Part shown: piece after piece, positions 14,726 to 25,900 of the stretch | Layout: each line of letters begins with the position of its first letter | How positions within the stretch are numbered: position 1 is the first letter of the stretch | Origin: Planctomycetota bacterium | GTDB taxonomy: Bacteria; Planctomycetota; Phycisphaerae; SM23-33 | NCBI GenBank assembly: GCA_034189755.1 | Contig: JAXIHJ010000104.1 | Location: 1-40,533 of the forward strand | Direction: 5' to 3' | Length of the DNA: 40,533 bases | Made by a program: the position numbers and the translations under genes | Notes under the pieces: generated by a model | What the model was told of the DNA's origin: nothing | What the model saw: only the letters and a program-made list of their open reading frames with translations | Database searches by the model: none

Positions 14726-16714
14726 GTGACGGACCTGCCGAGCACAACCTGGCGGATGCTGGCCCAGCGGACGGCGGGTACGGAACTACCTAAGGGCCTC
14801 GATGCCGTATGGGACGGCACCGTGGGGTTTGCCGGGCGGCTTCTGCCGAGGCGGAATCGCTTCCTGCGCCGGGCGGAGCAAATCGTCGCCATGGAGGGGC
14901 AGTTCACCAAGTTGTCGGACGCCCGGCTGCGCGAAGTTGCCGCTGATCTGCGGGCCATATTTCGTTGCGGGCGTGAGACCCAGGTGGAGTTGGACCGTGC
15001 CTTTGCGGTCGTTCGGGAAGTAGCCTGGCGTGAACTTGGCGAAAGGCCGTTTCCGGTGCAGATGGCCGGCGCGCTGGCGATCGAGGCCGGCTGCATCACG
15101 GAGATGGCCACCGGCGAGGGCAAAACCCTGACGGCTACCATGCCTGCCGCGGTGGCGGGCTGGCGAGGCCGGGGCTGCCACGTCATTACCGTCAACGATT
15201 ACCTCGCCAAGCGAGATGCGGAATGGATGAGCAAGGTATATGGCTTTTGCGGGCTGACCGTAGCGCACGTTGCTCAGGGCATGCCGCCGCCGCAGCGCCG
15301 GGAGGCCTACCGGGCGGATATTACTTATGGCACCAATAAGGAGGTAACGGCCGACTTCCTCCGCGACAGGCTGGCGCTGGGCCGGTTGCAGGGATTACCG
15401 GCCGCACTGCTGGCGAAGATCACCGGCGGTTCCGGCAGCGGCACCGACCGCATCGTACAGCGCGGGTTGCAATACGCGATTGTTGACGAGGCCGACTCGG
15501 TCCTGGTGGACGAGGCGGTTACGCCGCTGATTATTTCCGGCCAGGCCCCGAACGCCGAGCAGGTCGAGGCCTTTCAGCAGGCCGCCAGGCTGGCCGGCGA
15601 ACTCAAGCCGCAGCGCCATTACCGCGTGAACCATCGCTACCACGAGGTTGACCTGACCTCGGCCGGAAAGGAATACCTGGCTGAGTTGGCCGCGGAGATG
15701 GGCGGAATATGGGCTGGTGCAAGGCGCCGGGAGGAACTTGTCGTTCAGGCCCTGACAGCCAGGCATTTCTACATGTTGGGAAAGCAGTATGTTGTGGACG
15801 ACGGCAAGGTGGTGATTGTCGATGAATTCACCGGCCGGCTGATGCCCGACAGGGAATGGCGCGACGGGCTGCACCAGGCCGTCGCCGCCAAGGAAGAACT
15901 GGAAATCGAGCTGCCGAAGGATACCTACGCCCGCGTGAGCTTTCAGCGGTTCTTCAGAATGTACCGCAAGCTTGCGGGCATGACCGGCACGGCCACCGAA
16001 GGCCAGGGAGAGTTCTGGCAGATTTACCACCGTCCTACGGTGGTGATTCCCACAAATCGCTCCTGCATTCGTAAGCACTATCCGGACAAGGTCTTCGCCA
16101 CCGCCGAGGCCAAGTGGCGAGCGATCGTGGCCGAGATTAGCCGCTTTCACCAGCAGGGCCGGCCGATCCTGATTGGTACGCGCAGCGTCCGTGCCAGCGA
16201 GCATTTAAGCCGGCTGCTTACCGACGAGAAACTCGAACACCAGGTGCTAAACGCAGTTCGCCACGCCGCCGAGGCACAGATAGTCGCCGGTGCCGGCCAG
16301 CGAGGCAGAATAACGGTGGCGACGAACATGGCCGGACGCGGCACGGACATCAAGCTGGGCCGGGGCGTGGCCAAGTTAGGCGGGTTGCACGTAATCGCCA
16401 CGGAGCGGCACGAAGCCGGGCGCATCGACCGCCAGCTTTTCGGCCGGTCCGCACGCCAGGGCGACCCCGGCAGCGCACAGGCCATAGTGAGCCTGGAAGA
16501 TGAACTGGTTCTCCGCCACGCGCCCCATCTGGCGGGGCTGCTCCGCAAGCGGCTTGGGGGGCGAGATGGCGAAATCTCCTCACCGGTCAGCCGGAAGGTG
16601 TTTGATATTGCCCAACGCCGGGCCGAGCGGCTTGCGCTGCGGCAACGAAAGGCCGTCTTGAGGACCGATGACTGGTTGGACGAATACCTCGGATTCGCCG
16701 GCAGTGAGCGGTAA
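14726..16714 (+). CDS. SecA-like DEAD-motor ATPase paralog, C-terminally truncated (662 aa)
   Basis: GTG start 1 nt after the upstream stop. Walker A 'MATGEGKTLTATMPA', Walker B 'IVDEADSVLVDEAVTPLIISG', PPXD 'YVVDDGKVVIVDEFTGR', and NBD2 'LAGMTGTA', 'ATNMAGRGTDIKLG', 'GGLHVIATERHEAGRIDRQLFGRSARQGDPGS'. It ends about 90 aa after this motif. Confidence 0.85.
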   Translation: MTDLPSTTWRMLAQRTAGTELPKGLDAVWDGTVGFAGRLLPRRNRFLRRAEQIVAMEGQFTKLSDARLREVAADLRAIFRCGRETQVELDRAFAVVREVAWRELGERPFPVQMAGALAIEAGCITEMATGEGKTLTATMPAAVAGWRGRGCHVITVNDYLAKRDAEWMSKVYGFCGLTVAHVAQGMPPPQRREAYRADITYGTNKEVTADFLRDRLALGRLQGLPAALLAKITGGSGSGTDRIVQRGLQYAIVDEADSVLVDEAVTPLIISGQAPNAEQVEAFQQAARLAGELKPQRHYRVNHRYHEVDLTSAGKEYLAELAAEMGGIWAGARRREELVVQALTARHFYMLGKQYVVDDGKVVIVDEFTGRLMPDREWRDGLHQAVAAKEELEIELPKDTYARVSFQRFFRMYRKLAGMTGTATEGQGEFWQIYHRPTVVIPTNRSCIRKHYPDKVFATAEAKWRAIVAEISRFHQQGRPILIGTRSVRASEHLSRLLTDEKLEHQVLNAVRHAAEAQIVAGAGQRGRITVATNMAGRGTDIKLGRGVAKLGGLHVIATERHEAGRIDRQLFGRSARQGDPGSAQAIVSLEDELVLRHAPHLAGLLRKRLGGRDGEISSPVSRKVFDIAQRRAERLALRQRKAVLRTDDWLDEYLGFAGSER

Positions 16715-16936
16715 CACCGTAGCCGGCTTGCCCGGAAGTTGGCGAACCGGAAATACGAAAAACGCTTGACTATGGTTTGGTGGCCGGATACGTTGCAAAG
16801 TGGCGATAATACCCTGGTAAGGCCGACGTGCCGACGTGCCGATGAGCCTAAACCAGGCTGGAGTATATGTGATATTGCTTAAGTGAACCTTTGCGGAGTG
16901 GCTCAGAGCTTTGCCGTGAAGGGAAGGAGTGCCTAG

Positions 16937-19900
16937 ATGTCTATTCCTGCCGAGAGTCCCCCCGAGAACCTCTTGCCCCAGTTCGAAAGCCTCGAACAAA
17001 GACTGCTGCTGACAACGCTGATGGGCGGAGAGTTTTTCATCTACCTAAACAGCCAGGGTGAAGCGGTCCGCGTCGATTTGGACGTCGGGGCGACGGAAGA
17101 CTCCGAGGACGCCATCGTGGAGTTGTTCACCTACGACGACAATTGGGGCGGCGTGCACGACCTGGTCGGCATTCCCGGTGACGATACCGCCGGCCTGCGG
17201 ATTAACGACCAGCAGCAATGGGGCGACGGTGTCGAAGACATCGTCGAATACGACGTCGAGAATGGCACGTGGTCGTGGATCAACTACGAAAAGGACGAGT
17301 TCGGCAATGACAGCATTCGCGGCGCCGAGACGGAGATCTTCTCGATCTACATAGCGATGTGCACACCCGATACGGTGCTGACCATATCGACGCTGACCTC
17401 TTCGGACATTCCCGAAAGTGCAGCCGGCTGGCCCGCCTGGTATAACGATATCAATACCTGGGATTCGACGACCCTGCCGCTGCTGGCCGTTATCGCACAT
17501 GATCCGGTGAATGTCTTTGCGCCGGCCGGCTCCGGTGGCGTGATCGTTGGGACGCAGCGTTCGCCCGAGGCCGGTGTCGACGGCGACAAGCTGCGGCACA
17601 TTGCCGTGGCCAACGCCGACCCGGAAACCGGCCTGTCCAACATGGGCTGGTTCCCCGGCGGAAACCTGGCGCCCGGCGTTTCGGTATTCGGCGAACCGTT
17701 CCAGATGATCAACCTGCCGGTCGGCTCCGACGTTCATTCCATCGCATCCGACTCCGCCGGCAATATGTTCGTGGTGGACCTCAGCGCCTTTCAGGGTGTC
17801 ATCGTCAACGACGATCCCGGCGGGGAGGGATTTCTGGGCGAGGACGTCAGCTCGCTTGCGTCCGATTCGGCCGGGACGTTCTATGCGGTGGACAATGCAC
17901 TGACGCCCCTTATCAACAGCCCGACCAATAGTAACATCGGGGCCAACATAACGGGCATCACGGCCGGCGATGCAGGGCTGTTCTACGCCGTTGATGAGGA
18001 GACCCACCATTTGCTTTCATGGTCGGTGGCCGACGGGCTTACCGACATCGGCGAACTGATCGACGCCAACCAGAGCCAGTACCGCTACGAAGGTGTTTGC
18101 GGGCTTGATTACAATTCGAGCAGCAGCCTGATGTATGCGATCGGGTTTGTAGTGGACACCGACCCGGCTGTTGCGCCGGATGCGCCCGATCCGAGCGGCC
18201 CGTTCCTGATTACCATTGATGTAACCAATGCACAGGTTACCAGCAGGATGCTGATAAACGACGGCAACGGCACGTTTACCGCGATGGCTTTCGATCCCGC
18301 CGGAACCTGCTTCGCCGTCAACGGGGCGACCAACGAGCTGGTTACCATAGACCCGGCCGACGGCGCTATTACGGTCGTGGGCACGTTGCTGGACGGTGCG
18401 ACTTCCGTTACGGGTGTCGTTGGCATCGACTTCCTCGGCCAGGACATGTACGCCGTTACCGGCGACCACTTGTATCGAGTGAGCCCCGCAACCGCCGCGT
18501 GCACGGACCGCGGCGCAGTGGCGCTACCTGCCGACATGGGCTCGCTGGCTTATGACCCGACCCGGCCCGGCTCGCTTTACACGGCTGTCGATATCGGCAC
18601 GAACGAGTATCGCTTCTGTCGCATCCCGCTGGGCGCTTCGCTGGTCTGGGCCGACGTTGACGGTGTGTCGACGCTTATTGACGTGCTGGTTGATTCTACG
18701 GAAGACACGTGGGTCTGGCAGAACGTCTACGCGCTGGATTACAACAACGGTGACGGCCTGCTGTACGGGGTCGGCACGGCCGTCGATCTGGACACCCAGG
18801 ACGCCGGCGTTCCACCGGCGGGCCGGCGGCTGATTACAATCGACCCGGTGACCGGCCTGGTTACCGACGTCGGCGCGCTGACAGGTGCGGCCGACGTGCA
18901 AAGCCTCGTCTTCGATGGCGGCGGCACGCTCTACGGCCTGGACGCCACCACCGACGAGCTGTACGACATCAACCCGGCTACGGGCGCCGGTGTGTTGGCG
19001 GCTACAGTGGATGTTTCCAATCTGGAGGGTATCGAGTTTGTCAACATCGGCGCAAACGAGGTCCTGTACGGCGTTACGGCCGACGAGCTGTACGTCTTTG
19101 ACCTCAACCTTGGTGCGGGCACTGCCACCGGAACGCTTCTGGGCGACACCGGCCAGACTACGCTGAGTTCGCTGGCATTCGACGGCAGTGGCAGCCAGGA
19201 CAACATACTGTGGTCCACCGCCAGTGACGGCACGAACTTTTACCTGACGCGCGTAGACCTGTCCAGCGTGCTGGTTGCACTGAACGGCTGGAATCCCGTT
19301 ACGCGGCAGGCGCTGCTGTTCGACGCGGCTGAGCCTGCATACGCCTATGTCGGCATTCACGCACTGGAATTCGGGCCGGGGGACGTGCTCTACGGTGTCG
19401 GCACTATCGTCAACCTCGACCCCGGCAATGTAGCTGACCCGGCCTCGTTTGGCCCGTACCTGATTACCATTGATACGACCACAGGCCTGGTTACCCAGGT
19501 GGTTCCGGGTACGCCGCTTGTAACGGACCTGTCCTCGCTGGCATACGACGCCACCGCCACGTGGTACGGCGTTGTGCCCGACGTTGCGGGCGACCAACTG
19601 GTGACGGTGAACATGGCCACCTCGGCGACGACTCTGGTCGGCGTGCTCACCGCCGCCGCTGCGCTGACTGGCGTAACGGGCCTGGACTTTGAAGACGGTT
19701 CGCTCTATGCGGTAACGGACGATTCACTTTACGAAGTGGATGCGGCCACGGCTGTGTGCACGCTGTCCGGCCTGACGCCGTTTACCGGCCTGAGCAGCCT
19801 GACCGGCGACGAGACGGATACGCAGCAACTGTGGTCCACGGCGCTGTTCGGCGACGAGTATTACCTCGTCAGCCTGGCGACCGACGCCGAAGCGGGGATC

Positions 19901-22900
19901 CAGGACATCGGGCGCGTAATCATGGCCGGCACACTTGCCGGCGCGTTCACCACCGACGGCAACGTTGAAGTAATCGAGATGGGGTTCCTGTTCGGCAACG
20001 TGCTGGTCGGGCACAATCTGGATACACTCATTGCCCGCGTCGGCGGTGGGGCGGTGCCGGTTCCGGCGCCGACAAATTTCGTAACCCCCGACGAAAGCAG
20101 GATATGGGCCGGCGGCGTCATCACCGGCGTTTACAGCCGCTCTGAAACGCTGTATTCGGCAATCGAGGCCGACAACGACCTGACAATTGCGGATCCCGAC
20201 ACGCTGATCATGGAACACGAGGTCCGCGTCGCCGCTGACGCCCACGACGCCGCCTGGCTGGCCGGCGACCTGGTGGACCACTACAACGACTCGATGGAAA
20301 CAGCCCAGTTCCTGAATCACCCGTCGGGCGACTTCACACTGTTCGGTTCTTTTCCGTCGGATCCGTACGATTCCCTTGAGGACTGGTACGCACTGCCACT
20401 GATGGCCGGCCAGACCATCGTCATGGACGGCATGGTTATTAGTTGCGCCGCCTACCTGTACGACTGGGACGGCAACTGGATGGACAGCTTCGGCTTTGAG
20501 ACCATCGAGGACGAGGGCCTCGCCTCGATTGGTCAACAGATCAAGCCAATGACTTTCACCGCCCCGTCAGCGGGTGTCTACTACCTGATGTTGTATGATT
20601 TAGAACCGCGAGGCGGCGCCTATTTACTGAACTTTACCAACGGCCCAGCGGCGGCGCTGGGTGGCGTCAGTGTCGTCGGCGACTATTACGGTATGTTTAC
20701 GGGCACCGGCTCGGCCGCGGACAAGGGAGCCAACATCGCCGCCAAGTGGGGCGGCGACCTAGGCGGCGTCGTGATTACAGGCAGCAGCTACTACACGGTC
20801 GCCTACGCCGCCTACGGCGGAAACCTGGTAGCCTTCCAGGCCGGCGAAATTGGGACGCTCATTGACGGGACCTACACCACCAACACGATTATCTCCGACA
20901 GCAACATCGGGCGGGTAGCCTCAACGTCGGGCTTCCTCGACGCCAACATCCTCGCAGGCAGCAATTTCTACAACCCCAATGCGTACATCCAGAACATCTA
21001 CGCCGCCACCGACTACATTTTCGCAAACGCCATCATGGCCACGGGCAGCATCGGCGTAATCGAGATCGAAAACGATTTGCAGTATGGCGTACTTATCTCA
21101 GTCAACAGCAACGATACGAATTATACCCCGGGGATGGGGTCGCGGCTGGACCTGCTTGACATCGGCGGCGATTATCACTGCTACGGTGGGGCGATGCTTT
21201 CCCATGGTCCCGGCGGCGACATTGGGTTTGTCTACGTCGGCGGGACTATACTCGTCGATTACGGCGATTGGATCGGTGCGGTTACGGAGGAGCTTTATGA
21301 GAATGGCGAGACCTCCATTCTCAACGACGACGGCGGCGGTCGGACGACCGTTTTGCCCGTCGAAACCACTTTGCTGGATGAAAACGGCGCCCCGGTGCTG
21401 GATGAAAACGGCGACGAAGTTACCTACACGCCGACCTATTCCTTTTGCTACATACCCGTCGACGACGTGATGGGCGGCGTGGGCGGCGTGGTCGCCAATT
21501 TCCGGGTCAACGGCTCGGCCGTGTTTAATACCACCGGTGTGGTCCAGGTTTCCTCGCTGGACATTTCCGATTGGAGGCCGGGCGGCGGCGGCGACCCCTA
21601 TACCAGCCTGACCTTCGCAGGCGGCGAGACAAACATCTACTATCTCCACGACCACCACACCCATCCGGACTATGCGGCCCGGACGCTCGACATCCATATA
21701 GATGGGAATCTGGTTTCAGCGAACCTCGGCCAGGGCGGATGGGGCGCATCATCAAGCGCGGTGTCCAGAGATACGACCGTGGCAAACCCGTATCCGGTGG
21801 ATCAGCTCGATATTGAAAAATTGACGGTTACGGGCGATCTCGGCGCCCAGACGGGCACCACGGGCGCCTGGCTGCACGGCTGGGACGATGCAGAGGTCAT
21901 CCCGGATGTGGACGACGGCTCGGATGCGGATACCGTCGCCCAATACTATCAGGAGGCCCAATACGGCTGGTTCCACGGCAAGCACAACGGCGTGCAGATA
22001 TGGGGCAATCTGGAGAATCTGAGGGTCAATGGTTCTCTGGGTGACATGCGCGTCAAGAACAACCCACGTATCGATGCCGCATTGGCGTTTACCGGCCGAA
22101 TCGGCACCGTTCGCGTCAATGCGGACAACTACACAGCCGCCGGAGATTGGGACGGTATCTGTGGGATTCTCTGGGCCAGGAGGCGGATCGACGAGGCTTA
22201 CGTCGGCGACGGCCTGGCCGACGACGGCGGGGCGGATGTGGCGCGGGCGGCCATTATGTCCGGCTACAGTATCGGCAGGGTCGAGGTCAACGGGCCTTAC
22301 TTCGTGGTGGACGGCCAGGCCTACCATGAGCTGAACGGCTCGATCATCGGCTTCAGCAATGACATCGGCACAACCTTTGATGAGGCGGGCAACCCGGTTG
22401 TAACGACCTATCACGGCGTCGGCCAGGTTATAGGCCTCAACGGCGCGCGGATGACGGCCAACGTCGTCGGCATGAACCTGCTAACGTTCCGCTGCTACGG
22501 TGCGCCCTACGCCGCCGCCGCCGGCATCGGCACGGTAAGCTTCTCCGGCGTGGGCGCTGAGATCGAAGGCTCGGAAATTACCGGCGATTACGTTCAGAAG
22601 GTCTACACCAGCATTAACTCCAATGGCATCAGCAACTCGCACATTTCCGGCCATGACCCGGTATCGGGCGAATATGCTGTCGGCGAGGTAATCGGCGGCG
22701 GGCCTGGCATGAACCGCGTTTTCGTCAGCGTTACCGGCAGCGACATCGGTACTGTCAAGGGCCTCGGCGCCAATGCCGACATCCTTAGCAGCGTATTCGT
22801 TTCCACCGCCGGCATGCATTACATCGGGGCCAAGGACCTGTACGAAAACGGCATCCACATGCCCGGCACCGTCGGAACGATGAACGCCACGCACGACATG

Positions 22901-25900
22901 ATCTCGAATACGGTCATGGTCGGTGCGGTCGACCAGATTAAGGTCAGCAATGATTTCGAGCTTAACAGCTTTACCGTCGCCGGCAAGATCGGCCCGATGG
23001 ACATTGGCGGGGCCTTTATCGACTCCTATCTGTCTCTACAGGGTCCGTCGATTGCCAACCTGAAGTCGCTGGTGGTCAACGGCGATATTTCGGGCGAGAT
23101 TGTCTGTGCCGGCAAGATCGGGCAGATTATTTCCCGCAACGGCGGCATCAGCGCCGATATAAGCACAATCGTCGCCGAATGGGACGGCGACATTAACTTG
23201 ATCCAGACGGCAGAGGGTTTTACCGGCAAGCTGTACGTGTCCGGTTCGATGGGCCGGTTCATCTCAGGCCTTTCGCTGGGCGAGAGTCCCGCCCAAACGG
23301 GCGAGACCCAAACGTTCGACATCCTTGGCGACCTGAACTACCTGAAGGTCGGCAGCAGGTCGGTGTCGGCCCATCTGTACGCCGGCATCAACGTCGGCGG
23401 CGACGTCGGCACGATGGATATCAGCGGCACGCTCTACGCCAATGTCATGATCAACGGCAGCATGAAATCGCTGATCGTCGGGGGGCAGATGGGCGGCCTG
23501 TTGAACTTCACAGAGAACTGGACTGGCGCCGATGGGAACGCGTGGCCCGGCGTATGGACTTTCAATGGCGATATCGACCAGTTAGCCAGTCAGGACATTC
23601 AGAGCAATCGCGGCCGAGTGGCGGGCGATGTCGCGGCGGCGGGGACGGTGATGGCATACACCAGGCATCATGCCAGGAGCGTCGACCAGTCGGTCCTGTT
23701 TAACATCAGCGCCGACGGTATGGGCTTTGGCTTGATCGCCCGCCGGTCGGACACCGCTGAGGATACGTACTATCTCGCACGGGTGGTCAGCGGCGGCGCA
23801 GTGGGCGATTCCCTGCGAATCTACAAGGTCGTCGGCGGCGTGGAGACCGAACTGGCCGACACCGGGCTTTTGTACGACGCAGCCGGCACCGATTTCATGC
23901 TGCGGTTCGCCTGCACGAAGCAAGGTTCCAATACGCTGTTGCAGGTGAAGATGTGGGATGCGTCCGTGGCGGAACCGGCGGCATGGTCGGCGGAGGTTAC
24001 CGACAATGAAGCCGCTCTTCAGGGCGTCCGTGGCCGGTTCGGCCTGTACTACGGCCTGTCGGACGTGATCGAGGCGCTGATCGACAACTATACCGCCGAT
24101 TTCTCCCGTGGCCGTCTGACCGTCATGGGCAAGCTCAATTCGATGAAGTTTCCGACGACCGGCGACCTGTTCGCCGACTTGGCTATCGGCGGGTCAATCA
24201 AGAGGCTCAACCTCACCGGCGGCAGCATACTCGGCGACCTCACCAGCCGATATGGTGCGATCGAGGGAATCAACCTCAACGGCGGTTCCGTCATTGGAAA
24301 TGTTACGGCCGTTTCGATAGGCAACATCTCTATCCGCAACGGCAACGTAATGGGCGACGTTACCGCTACCGACGGCAATATCAAGTCGTTGAGCGTTACC
24401 GGCGGCAATCTGGATGCTGAGGTTACGGCCCGGAACGGCCGAATCCAGCGTCTCTCCGTCAACACCGGTGATATCCTGCCTGGCCATACCATCGAAGCCG
24501 AGGCCGGCTTTGGGACCGTTTCCATTCGCAACGGCGACCTGCTCAGCGACCTTATCTCCGGCCGGAACATCAAGTCGCTGACCATCCGAGGCAGCGATAT
24601 AGGCTCTGCGCTTAATCCCGTCATGATCAGCGCCGAAACCGGCATCGACAGGGTTCAGACGGACGGGGCCGTGGTAAACTCCGTCATACGGTCGGGCAGC
24701 AAAATCGGCCAACTCAACGTGAACAGCGTGCAAGATTCGATTATTTCAGCCGGCTGGCATATTGGCAGCGCCAGGATAGGGACCAACGTAACCGGCTCGC
24801 ACATTCTGGCAGGCTACGACGTCGGGCCTGACGGGGCGGTCGGTGGCGGCGACGACGTGGCGCACTCCGGCGACTTTAAGAGCCTGGACGTCGGCGGCAA
24901 CTTCAACACTTCGGTCGCCGCAGCCGGCATCGACCCAGGCGCCAGCGACGACTTTACAAACCTTGCCGACAACACCGACAACAACGGCGTCAGCAGCATT
25001 TTACGGGCAAACGTCCGGGGCGCCGCAGTCGGTAGCTTCATCCAGGCCGACACGTATATCGACCCGAACGCACCGGCCGGCGCCGTGGTGCCCGTCAAGA
25101 ACGACCCTGTCGTGGCTCCAGGCGGCAGTGTGGACTTCGGCCCGGAGACAGCCAACAACACGCTGACCATAGGCAACCTGACATTGACGCTGACGGGGGC
25201 CGGACTGGGCAGCTATCACGCCGCGACCAACACGCTGTACCTGAACCGCACGACCACCAGAAGCAATTTGAGGCTCGACAACACCGGTGCGAATATCGAC
25301 ATCACCGTTGTCGGCGCCGAAGATGCCGAGCTAAGCGGCTTGCAGACCAGTGGGGCCGTAACCCTGGCCGACACGACCGTCCACGGCGCCATCAAGAGAC
25401 TTACCGCCGCCAACATTGCTAACGGAGCCGTGTGGAACCTGTATGGCGGCATCGGGTCGGCTTCGCTGGGCGGCATGACCAACGTAAACGCCACCACCGG
25501 CGAGCTTGGCACGTGGAGGATGGACGCGTTGACCGGCGGGTTCCTGACTGCCGACGCGATCAAGGGTTTCTTTGCAGCCGGCTCGGTTACCGGCAACCTA
25601 ACGGCGCTGCTGGGCAACGCCAGGATTGACATACGCGGCGGCGACCTGAACGGCGACGTGACGATTCTCGGCACGGCAACCGGCTTGGCGGTCAGCGGCG
25701 CCGTTACCGGCGTTGTGAACGTTACCAACGGCGACTTGCAGACGTTCCGGGCCGGTTCACTGTCCGGCAGGGTCGAGGCCGCCCTTGGCCTGAGCAGAAC
25801 GGTAACCATCACGGGTGCCTTTAGCGGCAGCTATCGAACTGGAATGGGCATCGGCCGATTTGCCTCTGACACATTCTCAGGCCTGCTGAGCACCAGCGGG

